From NCBI GenBank assembly GCA_002717225.1, contig PBDG01000009.1, forward strand, positions 76,563-140,562: 64,000 bases of DNA, read 5' to 3'. Position numbers and translations under genes: made by a program. This stretch comes from Rhodospirillaceae bacterium (GTDB lineage: Bacteria; Pseudomonadota; Alphaproteobacteria; UBA828). This document shows, one piece after another, positions 28,950-37,468 of the stretch. Below the pieces are notes generated by a model that was not told the origin of the DNA, did no database searches, and worked only from the letters and a program-made list of their open reading frames with translations. Numbering within the stretch: the stretch's first letter is position 1; every line of letters starts with the position of its first letter.

Positions 28950-31004
28950 TCAGCTTTGCGCCAAGGGCACGTCGATAACAATCGTCAGGGAGGGATCGAC
29001 CTCCGCCTTCAGTCCGGGTGGAATAAGAACGGTTGAATCAAGCTGTTCGATGATCGCCGGTCCTTCCACCACGGCGCCGGCCTTCAATTTATCCCGATCA
29101 TAAACCGGTGTTTTGATCGACTCCGGTGCTTCGTCAAATACTACATCTCGCTCAGAATCTGGCTCTGGTGGCGTACCATCCAGATCATGCTCAGCAAATT
29201 CTGCTTTCGGCGTTTGGCCGGTGGCGGTGACAGTGAGACGGTAAACTTCGACGGGTGCATCGGGACGGGAGTAATTGTGCTCGCGACCATGTTCCTCATG
29301 GAATGACGCAGCCGCCTCATCAAGCGAGGTAATATTCTCGCCAACCTCTATCGACATAGCGCGCCATTGACCAAGATAGCGCATATCGACGTGGCGCTGA
29401 AAAGACATGCGGTCTTCTGTTACTCCTTCATGAGAAAGATGCTCACGGCCCTCGGCCTCCAGTTCCTGGAACGCGGCATCGACTTCCGCCATATCTACGT
29501 CTTCGAGTGCGCGCAAATACATGCGCGAGATATCATGCTTGATATCGACCAATAGGCAACCAAGCGCGGAGGTCACCCCAGGCGCTGGCGGAACCAACAC
29601 GGTGGGAATCGAAAGGTCTCGGGCCAGCGCGACACCGTGGAGCGGCCCCGCGCCACCAAAGGTCACCAAGGCAAAATCGCGAGGATCATAGCCGCGTCGG
29701 ATCGAAACTAGTCGAACCGCATCGGCCATATTAGCGTTCGCTACTTTGAGGATCGATACCGCTGCCTCTTGCAATGACAGACCGAGGGGTTCGGCAACCA
29801 CGCGGTTAATCGCCTCGGCGGATAGCGATTTATCAAGCGCAACCGCGCCACCGGCGAGGCGGTCGCTGAGGCGGCCAAGAACCACATTGGCATCACAATT
29901 TGTTGGTTCAGAACCGCCACGGCCATAGCAGGCCGGGCCGGGCGTCGAACCGGCGGATTGCGGCCCGTTGCGCAACGAGTTTGCCTCATCAATCCAGGCC
30001 AGTGAACCGCCACCTGCACCAATTGTCAGCACCTCGATGCTGGGGAAACAGATTGGATAGCCATACTCAATATACCAATCTGTGGTAACGCGCAGATTGC
30101 CCCGATCACACAGGGAAACATCTGTACTGGTGCCCCCCATATCAAGGCTAATGGAGTTTTCGTATCCAGCACGCTCTGCAACGAAGCGGCTAGCAATAGC
30201 GCCCGCCGCAATACCGGAAGCAGCCAACCGGGCGGGAAATTTTGACGCACCCTTCCCGGTCATCATGCCGCCACCAGAATGGAGTAGCAATACATCTTCC
30301 TTATAGCCACCCTCAGCCATCCGCTCTTCCAAGCGGGTCGTGTATTCACCGACGACGGGGGCGAGCACCGCATTGGCGACGGTGGTAGAAAAGCGCTCGT
30401 GTTCGAAGATTTCCGGCATGATTTCGCTTGAGAGCGAGATGTTCGCATCCGGAAGCTCTTCTTTGAGAATATCACGCATGCGCTCTTCATTAACAGGACT
30501 TGCGAATGCATTCGCGAAGCAAACAGCAATAGTTTTTACGCCCCGTTTGCGAATGATACGCGCTACTTCACGTGCCTCTTTTTCGTCGACCGGTTCCAAA
30601 ACCTTGCCCGCATAATCGATGCGCTCGCTAACCACTAAACGATTGCGGCGCGGAATATATGGCGGAGCCATTTCCTTATAGGTATCCCAAAGATCATCGC
30701 GCGTTCCGCGACGGATCTCGATAACGTCGCGGAAGCCCTTGGTGGTAACCATAATCGCTGGAGGGAAGTTACGCGTAATCAGTGCGTTGGTAGAAAGGGT
30801 CGTTCCGTGCGAAAAGAGCACCACATCCTTCAAATCAACGCCTGCCGCCGAAATGCCCGCCAACACCCCGTCGATAGGGTCGGGAGTAGTCGGAGATTTA
30901 GCAACATGGATTTTTCCCGTGGCTTCATCGAGTACGCAAACGTCGGTAAACGTGCCACCCACATCACAAGCTACTCTAACCGCCGCACCCGCATTATTGT
31001 TCAT
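28950..31004 (-). CDS. Hydantoinase A / oxoprolinase / acetone-carboxylase beta-like subunit (HyuA family)
   Basis: N-terminal VACDVGGTFTDVCVLD (ASKHA ATPase phosphate-1 motif), a length of 684 aa, and a second DMGGTSTDVS motif. Confidence 0.85.
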   Translation of the reverse strand: MNNNAGAAVRVACDVGGTFTDVCVLDEATGKIHVAKSPTTPDPIDGVLAGISAAGVDLKDVVLFSHGTTLSTNALITRNFPPAIMVTTKGFRDVIEIRRGTRDDLWDTYKEMAPPYIPRRNRLVVSERIDYAGKVLEPVDEKEAREVARIIRKRGVKTIAVCFANAFASPVNEERMRDILKEELPDANISLSSEIMPEIFEHERFSTTVANAVLAPVVGEYTTRLEERMAEGGYKEDVLLLHSGGGMMTGKGASKFPARLAASGIAAGAIASRFVAERAGYENSISLDMGGTSTDVSLCDRGNLRVTTDWYIEYGYPICFPSIEVLTIGAGGGSLAWIDEANSLRNGPQSAGSTPGPACYGRGGSEPTNCDANVVLGRLSDRLAGGAVALDKSLSAEAINRVVAEPLGLSLQEAAVSILKVANANMADAVRLVSIRRGYDPRDFALVTFGGAGPLHGVALARDLSIPTVLVPPAPGVTSALGCLLVDIKHDISRMYLRALEDVDMAEVDAAFQELEAEGREHLSHEGVTEDRMSFQRHVDMRYLGQWRAMSIEVGENITSLDEAAASFHEEHGREHNYSRPDAPVEVYRLTVTATGQTPKAEFAEHDLDGTPPEPDSERDVVFDEAPESIKTPVYDRDKLKAGAVVEGPAIIEQLDSTVLIPPGLKAEVDPSLTIVIDVPLAQS

Positions 31005-31274
31005 TTAAGTCGCCCCTCCCGAAAAACATCGTGAACACTGTAAAATTGATGGTATTTGCAATAGCTTCTCCCCACACTTCAACTCTTCAAAAGGTCTCTA
31101 GGTTAGCAAATTTTGCGGTAACTTAGTATCCGACACAGAGCATGTCCACGACAACACTCATTAATAATTTAATGTTTTTCCACGCTCGACAAGTGCGGTT
31201 ACATACGGCAAGAATTTACGGCTGGCCGACTGCGGCCACAAATTATTTTGATGTCAGAGCGAAAGAGGTGCCGC

Positions 31275-33386
31275 ATGGCGAGCTATCTTTGCGGAATCGA
31301 TATCGGTGGTACTTTTACCGATTGTGTTATCGTCGACGGAGCGGGTGCCGTCACCACTGCTAAGGCTCCGTCCACTCCGCATGATTTTGCCAGAGGTGTT
31401 CAAGACGCTCTGAAAGCCGCCAGCGGCAAATTGGATCTAGAATTAGACGAACTCTGTTCCGAAATCACCATGCTGAGCCATGGCACCACGGTTGGAACTA
31501 ACGCTATCATCCAGAAGCGCGGCGCCAAAGTTGGACTAATCACCACGCGCGGCCATAACGATGTAATCCACATCATGCGTGGCTCGCGCGGCCTCACCGG
31601 TAACGAGATTCGCCTGGTTGTGCATATCCCCGAAAGCCAGAAGCCAGACCCGATCATTCCCAAACGTCTGATCGAGGGTGTCTCAGAGCGAGTCGACTGC
31701 TTCGGCAAAGTCATCGTCAAGCTTAATGAAGAGGAGGCCGAGGCCGCGATCCGCCGCCTTCTGGAAAAAGACGTTGAAGCCATCGCTGTCTGCTTCCTTT
31801 GGTCATTCCTCGCCCCACAGCACGAGGCGCGGGTAAAGGAAATGATCGCCGATATCGCGCCCAATATGTTCGTCACCACCTCGCACGAGCTGGTCCCGAA
31901 ATGGGGCGAATATGAGCGTACCGCTGCAGTGGCGCTTAACGCTTATATTGGCCCACTCACCACCGGCTATATCGCCGGCGTAGCAAGCGACGTAGAGGGT
32001 CTCGGTTATCATCAACCGTTGCAAATCACGCAATGTGCTGGTGGCACCATTTCGGTCAACCGCGCAATGTCAGCGCCCTTACTAACCCTTGATTCCGGAC
32101 CGGTCGCCGGCGTCACTGGCTCGCAATATGCCGGCGGACTGATGGGCTATGACAATATCATTACCACTGACATGGGCGGAACCTCCTTTGATGTCGGCAT
32201 AATTCACGATGGCAAACCAGCCTTTTCCTACACTAGCCTAGTTCATCAATATGCCTATTATCTCTCCAAGGTAGATATTCAGACCATCGGCGCGGGCGGC
32301 GGCTCCAAGGCTTGGATCGATGAAACCTCAGGGATGCTACGCGTCGGCCCAGAAAGCGCTGGAGCGGCGCCCGGACCCGCCTGTTATGGTCGCGGCGGCG
32401 ATATTGCAACAGTAACCGACGCGGACCTACTGCTCGGCTATCTTGACGCGGAAAATTTTGCTGGTGGTTCCCTCACACTCGACCGTGCAGCAGCAGAAGC
32501 AGCGATCAGAAAGATTGCAGACCCTCTGGGGCTTAGCCAGCTTGAAGCCGCCGCTGGCATCGTCAAGATTGCTGAATTCCAAATGGCCGACCTCATTCGC
32601 AAGGTGACCATCCAGAAGGGATTTGATCCGCGAGATTTTGTGCTATTTGCTTTCGGCGGCGCTGGTCCAGTTCATGCCGGCGTGTTCGCCAAGGAGCTCG
32701 GTGTCTCAAAGGTTATCGTACCGCAGCGCGAGACCGCTTCGGTCTGGTGTGCCTTTGGTGCTGCGGCGGCAGACGTTCTACATGTTCATGAGCGGGTTAA
32801 CATGATGCGCTCACCCTTCGATGTCGTCGAATTGAACAACGTGCTCGGAGAATTGGAGAACCGCGCTAAAGCAGAATTGACAGCGGATGAAATCCTGCCT
32901 GAACGCCAGCACCTTCGCTTCGCCCTCGACATGCGCCACAAGGGGCAGATCAACGAAGTCGAGGTAGAAATTTCAGGGTCGTCCTTAGCAGAAGTCGATT
33001 TGCCTAAACTACGCGACGCCTTCGTCGGGCAATATGAACGCCAATATGGCCAGGGCGCCTCGTTGCCCGGAGCGCGCCTAGAAATCGTCACCTTCCGCTG
33101 CCGCGCCGCGGCAGATACAGCCAAACCACGCCTGACGCGAGCCGACAAAATGACCGCTACCATCGATGGTGCTGCGTTACGACCGGCGCGCTTAGTCTTT
33201 TGGACTGAATATAGCGAGACAATCGATACGCAAGTGTTCAACGGCGAGAAGCTCGCCCCTGGCAACGGTGTGTCCGGCCCGGCGATTGTCGAGACAGCGG
33301 ATACCACGGTTGTGCTTCATCCAGAACAAACTCTTGCAGTCGATGCGTTCGGAAATTTCGAACTCACGCTCGCAGCATCCAAATAG
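31275..33386 (+). CDS. Hydantoinase A family subunit (HyuA), second paralog
   Basis: GIDIGGTFTDCVIVDG and DMGGTSFDVG motifs. Start taken at ATG 31275, which has an AAAGAGG SD. Confidence 0.85.
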   Translation: MASYLCGIDIGGTFTDCVIVDGAGAVTTAKAPSTPHDFARGVQDALKAASGKLDLELDELCSEITMLSHGTTVGTNAIIQKRGAKVGLITTRGHNDVIHIMRGSRGLTGNEIRLVVHIPESQKPDPIIPKRLIEGVSERVDCFGKVIVKLNEEEAEAAIRRLLEKDVEAIAVCFLWSFLAPQHEARVKEMIADIAPNMFVTTSHELVPKWGEYERTAAVALNAYIGPLTTGYIAGVASDVEGLGYHQPLQITQCAGGTISVNRAMSAPLLTLDSGPVAGVTGSQYAGGLMGYDNIITTDMGGTSFDVGIIHDGKPAFSYTSLVHQYAYYLSKVDIQTIGAGGGSKAWIDETSGMLRVGPESAGAAPGPACYGRGGDIATVTDADLLLGYLDAENFAGGSLTLDRAAAEAAIRKIADPLGLSQLEAAAGIVKIAEFQMADLIRKVTIQKGFDPRDFVLFAFGGAGPVHAGVFAKELGVSKVIVPQRETASVWCAFGAAAADVLHVHERVNMMRSPFDVVELNNVLGELENRAKAELTADEILPERQHLRFALDMRHKGQINEVEVEISGSSLAEVDLPKLRDAFVGQYERQYGQGASLPGARLEIVTFRCRAAADTAKPRLTRADKMTATIDGAALRPARLVFWTEYSETIDTQVFNGEKLAPGNGVSGPAIVETADTTVVLHPEQTLAVDAFGNFELTLAASK

Positions 33387-33396
33387 GGATACAATT

Positions 33397-35688
33397 ATGC
33401 CCCGCATCAGCCAAATCACCGATACCACATTCGACGGTATCAACAATCCCTATGTGCCAAAAAAGGATCTTGACATTTCACCCAGTCTCAAACTGCACCG
33501 CGAGTGGGATGAAACCTTGGACCCGGTCACCTACGAGGTGATCCGCCACAATCTATGGAACATCAATGAAGAGCATGGCGCTACAATCCAGCGAATATCT
33601 GGTTCGCCAGTGGCTATGTTCGCTCTCGACCTTAATCCCTCGATTCTTACCGAGGATGCCGAATTCGTCTATTTCGGCCCCTATATGCAATACATGTCCG
33701 GCGTCACCGACACGCAGGTGAAATGGATTCTCGAATACCGCTCGGACAATCCGGGAATCAAGCCGGGAGATATGTTTCTCGCCAACGACCCTTGGGTCGG
33801 CGCAGCACATCAGATGGACGTAATGCTGATCTGCCCGGTCTTCCATGGTGACAAACTGTTTTGCTGGATCACCAATTGCCTCCATCAATACGATATCGGC
33901 GGCATCACCCCGGGCAGCTTCTGCCCGGCGGCAGAGAGCGCGTTCGACGAGGGCATCCTTATCCCGCCGGTGAAAATTGTCGAGAACGACGTAGTGCGCA
34001 AGGACATTGAAGCACTTTATCTCCGCTCGTCACGCAAGCCAGAGATGGTAGCGCTAGATTTCCGCGCTCAACTCGCTGGCAACATGACCGCTAAGACGCG
34101 CATCAAGGCACTGATTGATCGCTACGGTGCCAAGACCGTAAAAAGCGTGATGAAGAAGGTGATCGATAATTCCGAAGCTGCCTTCCTTTCAAAGCTAAAG
34201 AAAATCCCCGACGGGGTGTGGCGCGACCGCACATATGTTGAGGCCTGCCGCCCTGGCGACCGGCGTACCCACCGGGTGCAGATCGCGCTCACCAAGAAGG
34301 GGGACAAGCTGATCTTCGACAATGAGGGTACCGCGCCGCAAGACGGCGCCATGAACGCAACCTATTCCGGGTGGCGCGGTTCGGTGATGGTTGCAATCAA
34401 CGAGCTCTTGAGTTGGGATCAATATTTTGCGGTCGGTGGCGCTTTGCGCCATATCGAATTTGACCCAGTCCCTGGTACGCTTAACTGTGCTGATTTTCCT
34501 GCATCGGTCTCCACCGCACCGACGCAATCAATGGAAATCTCGCTCTATCCAGCCTATAACATCATCTCCAAGATGCTATATTCCGATGAAGAGCTGCGGC
34601 AAGACATCATGGGCATCGGTGGGACCAGTCAATGGCCGACCACCATCTTCCGTGGTATTGATCAATGGGGCGAACGATACGGCTATATTTTGATTGACCC
34701 GATAGGTGGATCTATTGGCGCGTTTGCACAAGGTGACGGCATCAACACTGGTGGCCAGGCAAGGACGCCGATCGGCCAGTTGCCCAATGTCGAACACAAT
34801 GAGCAACTCTTTCCCCTCCTATTCCTTTACCGCAAGGAGCTACCGGATTCAGGGGGCGCCGGGAAGTTCCGGGGCGGTCTCTCCGCGGAAAGCTGTTTCA
34901 TCCCACACAACACTGATTTCATCACCCAGGATACGCTTTCCTCCGGCAACGCTATCCCGACTTCAACCGGTATGATGGGCGGCTATCCGTCCACCACCAA
35001 CGCTTATACTTTCATCCGAGAGAGCGACATCTTTCAGCGCATGAAGGAGTCTAGGCTAATCGAAGACAGCTCCGAAGTAGCAGGCAACCCCCAACATCTC
35101 GAGCTACGCCAGGAAAATTTTGTGCAAAATTCAGCGGACGTTTATGCCGTGCGATGGTCTGGTGGCGGCGGCTTTGGCGATCCACTGCAACGCGACATCG
35201 AAAGGATCGTTCATGACCTGGAGCATCTCAATATTACGCCAAAAGCGGCGCGCGAGATTTTCGGCGCAGTGCTTGACGAAAATGAACAGGTAGATGTGGC
35301 GGCAACGGAAGAGAATCGTAACAAGATCCGCAAAGAACGCCTTGAGCGCCTCAAAAATGGCCAGGTGCCACGCGACAGCCATGCAGGAGAGACAGCTTTC
35401 CCTGCTGGAGATAATCTCGCGGTCTATGGCTCCGGCGATACCGCACGCTGGGGCTGCGCCCACTGCACCGCCGACCTTGGACCGATTGGTGAGAATTTCA
35501 AGGATGCATGTCTACGCGATGACCGCCCAGTTTCAGACTCCAACCCGCTGGTGGGCGACCCGGCTGTCTTTATTGATGATGCGGTCAATTTTCGCCTGTT
35601 TTATTGCCCATCCTGTGGTAATCAGATCGACAATGAAATAGCTGTGACCAGCGACGCTGTACTTCGCGACATTGAATTGACCGTGTAA
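33397..35688 (+). CDS. Hydantoinase B family subunit (HyuB), second paralog, with a C-terminal Cys4 (CxxC...CxxC) extension of about 150 aa
   Basis: HyuB blocks DPVTYEVIRHNLWNINEEHG and GGGGFGDPLQRD. The tail carries WGCAHC (Cys codons at 35454 and 35464) and YCPSCG (35605, 35614). Start taken at ATG 33397, after the hyuA stop. Confidence 0.8.
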   Translation: MPRISQITDTTFDGINNPYVPKKDLDISPSLKLHREWDETLDPVTYEVIRHNLWNINEEHGATIQRISGSPVAMFALDLNPSILTEDAEFVYFGPYMQYMSGVTDTQVKWILEYRSDNPGIKPGDMFLANDPWVGAAHQMDVMLICPVFHGDKLFCWITNCLHQYDIGGITPGSFCPAAESAFDEGILIPPVKIVENDVVRKDIEALYLRSSRKPEMVALDFRAQLAGNMTAKTRIKALIDRYGAKTVKSVMKKVIDNSEAAFLSKLKKIPDGVWRDRTYVEACRPGDRRTHRVQIALTKKGDKLIFDNEGTAPQDGAMNATYSGWRGSVMVAINELLSWDQYFAVGGALRHIEFDPVPGTLNCADFPASVSTAPTQSMEISLYPAYNIISKMLYSDEELRQDIMGIGGTSQWPTTIFRGIDQWGERYGYILIDPIGGSIGAFAQGDGINTGGQARTPIGQLPNVEHNEQLFPLLFLYRKELPDSGGAGKFRGGLSAESCFIPHNTDFITQDTLSSGNAIPTSTGMMGGYPSTTNAYTFIRESDIFQRMKESRLIEDSSEVAGNPQHLELRQENFVQNSADVYAVRWSGGGGFGDPLQRDIERIVHDLEHLNITPKAAREIFGAVLDENEQVDVAATEENRNKIRKERLERLKNGQVPRDSHAGETAFPAGDNLAVYGSGDTARWGCAHCTADLGPIGENFKDACLRDDRPVSDSNPLVGDPAVFIDDAVNFRLFYCPSCGNQIDNEIAVTSDAVLRDIELTV

Positions 35689-35729
35689 TCGATTTTGGCT
35701 TTGACCTAGAGAATGCTAGGCTCGGGAAC

Positions 35730-36203
35730 ATGACAACGCAATTTTCGATTCTCACAATCGCAGCCGCCATGCTTGTGCTCGTCGCCTGCGGACGCGGCCC
35801 CGAACTCACAGCTAGCTCCGCACCTACGCAAATTGGCGACGACACGACTGCGGCGTTTCAGCCGATTGCCGATGTGCCGATCCCCGAGGGTGCACGGCTC
35901 GATAGCGAGCGCAGTTTAGTACTCGGCGGAGAATATAATTGGACCGGCCGCTTGGTTTTCATGGTCAGCGAGTCGCCAGCCGATGCTTACGCGCTCTACC
36001 ATCAGGAAATGCAGCGGTTCGGATGGCGGCTGATCACCAGCGTACAGGCCGAATCGAGCGTGTTGGCCTTTAACCAAGGCAAACGTGTGGCAACTATTCA
36101 AATTGAGGGCCGCACACTCTCGGGCGCAACCATCGCCATCACTATGTCGCCGCGTCACGAAGGGAGCAGTGACTCTGTCGATGTAACGCCACTCGGCGAA
36201 TAA
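35730..36203 (+). CDS. Hypothetical lipoprotein
   Basis: Signal peptide with lipobox LVAC|G (MTTQFSILTIAAAMLVLVACGRG). No recognisable catalytic motif. Confidence 0.5.
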   Translation: MTTQFSILTIAAAMLVLVACGRGPELTASSAPTQIGDDTTAAFQPIADVPIPEGARLDSERSLVLGGEYNWTGRLVFMVSESPADAYALYHQEMQRFGWRLITSVQAESSVLAFNQGKRVATIQIEGRTLSGATIAITMSPRHEGSSDSVDVTPLGE

Positions 36204-36224
36204 TTTTGGGAGAAGGAACATACG

Positions 36225-36299
36225 ATGAAAAAGCATTTCAACTTCTCCAATGGGCATAAATATCTGATTACGCGCTACACGCAAAACGTGCCCCAGTAA
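36225..36299 (+). CDS. Candidate 24-aa small ORF (MKKHFNFSNGHKYLITRYTQNVPQ) with a strong Shine-Dalgarno
   Basis: GGAGAAGG lies 7 nt upstream of the ATG. It sits in a 190-bp gap between the lipoprotein gene and the convergent hydratase gene. There is no homology support. Confidence 0.2.
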   Translation: MKKHFNFSNGHKYLITRYTQNVPQ

Positions 36300-36393
36300 T
36301 GTGAAGCACTAAAGCGTGATAATTAATCCTTTGGTATATTACGAGCAAAGCAGGCGTTAGTATCGCTCACTTCTTCCTCTGCAATAAATCCAA

Positions 36394-37182
36394 CTAATTG
36401 GTGAACCGGACACTCAGTTTGCCGAGGGTGCCAAAATCTGCCAGTACATCGTCATCCGGCCCAATTGACTGAGGCACGATGCAAGTACCAGTAGTGACTA
36501 TGTCTCCAGCGCGGAGTGCGCCACCTTGAGCGACGCGGTCGTTAGCAAGCCAGGCAAGGGCAATGCGTGGATCGCCCAGCACATTTGCACCGGTGCCATC
36601 CGCCACCTTTTTGCCGTTAATGTATAGGTGCGCACTATGAGCCGCCAGATCGAGATTTCGCCAGCATTCCGACACTGCGTCGCCGAGTACAAAAAATTCA
36701 GTACAGGCATTATCTGCGATCAGCTGAGGTGCGCCAACGTTGGTAAAATTTTCGTAGCGCGAATCCGGGATTTCAAGGCCACAATGAAGCGCCTTGGTCG
36801 CTGCCACTACATCCTCGGGCAAGTAGTCTCGCCCGCGTGCCGGCAGGTCCTCGCCGAGGAGAAAGACGAATTCCGCCTCAATCACCGCCATGTGCAAATG
36901 CGCCACCGGTAGCTCGGAACCCGCCCGGTGCATTTTGCCGGCGAGCAGACGGCCAGCGAGTGGCTTGTCAACGCCAATATGTTTCTGCCCGGCAGTACTG
37001 GTGGCGGCGATCTTCCAACCGATCGGCGGCCAACCAGTCAAATTCACGAGCGCTTCTTGCACCTCATAGCCTTCTGCTATGCTTGCTGGACGGCAAGCCT
37101 CTGGCAGAGACTTGATACGGCTATGACAGCTCCAATTATGCCAAATAATCGCAGCGGCTTCGCTTGCGCGCTCGTCTTCCAT
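36394..37182 (-). CDS. 2-keto-4-pentenoate hydratase / 2-oxo-hept-ene-dioate hydratase-like (MhpD/HpaH fold)
   Basis: 262 aa with the family's conserved acidic, metal-binding C-terminal half (GDIVTTGT..., EAEFVFLLG). Confidence 0.55.
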   Translation of the reverse strand: MEDERASEAAAIIWHNWSCHSRIKSLPEACRPASIAEGYEVQEALVNLTGWPPIGWKIAATSTAGQKHIGVDKPLAGRLLAGKMHRAGSELPVAHLHMAVIEAEFVFLLGEDLPARGRDYLPEDVVAATKALHCGLEIPDSRYENFTNVGAPQLIADNACTEFFVLGDAVSECWRNLDLAAHSAHLYINGKKVADGTGANVLGDPRIALAWLANDRVAQGGALRAGDIVTTGTCIVPQSIGPDDDVLADFGTLGKLSVRFTN

Positions 37183-37468
37183 TACGCACTCTTAGCGCAC
37201 CAGCGGACGGTGGACAAGCCGCGCTCGATTATCTTGAACAGCATCCGGAATCAACTCATTAAGATCATAATTTGCACTACCAACAGATTTTACTCTCGCG
37301 ACCTAAGTCTAGAATCCCACCGCCAAGATATATGCACATCCAACGTGGCCGAAAGGTTCTAATGGGAGGGAGAGGCAAAATCATTTGCAACAAATTCTGC
37401 CAGGCCGGCAACCACTGAATTAATGGTAACGATGGGGGTGCTCTTCTCTAATATGAGGAGCACTAATT

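Noticed and set aside
31222-31237. Possible sigma-54 (-24/-12) promoter CTGGCCGACTGCGGCC upstream of hyuA paralog 2
   Set aside because: The GG-to-GC spacing is off by one relative to the TGGCAC-N5-TTGC consensus and no sigma-54 activator gene is nearby. The sequence is more simply an inverted repeat GGCCG-N4-CGGCC, which may be a regulator site, but the evidence is too weak to call.
37441-37466. Inverted repeat GTGCTC-N14-GAGCAC just downstream of the fused ABC exporter stop
   Set aside because: The stem is only 6 bp and no U-tract follows on the relevant strand, so this is not convincing as an intrinsic terminator.
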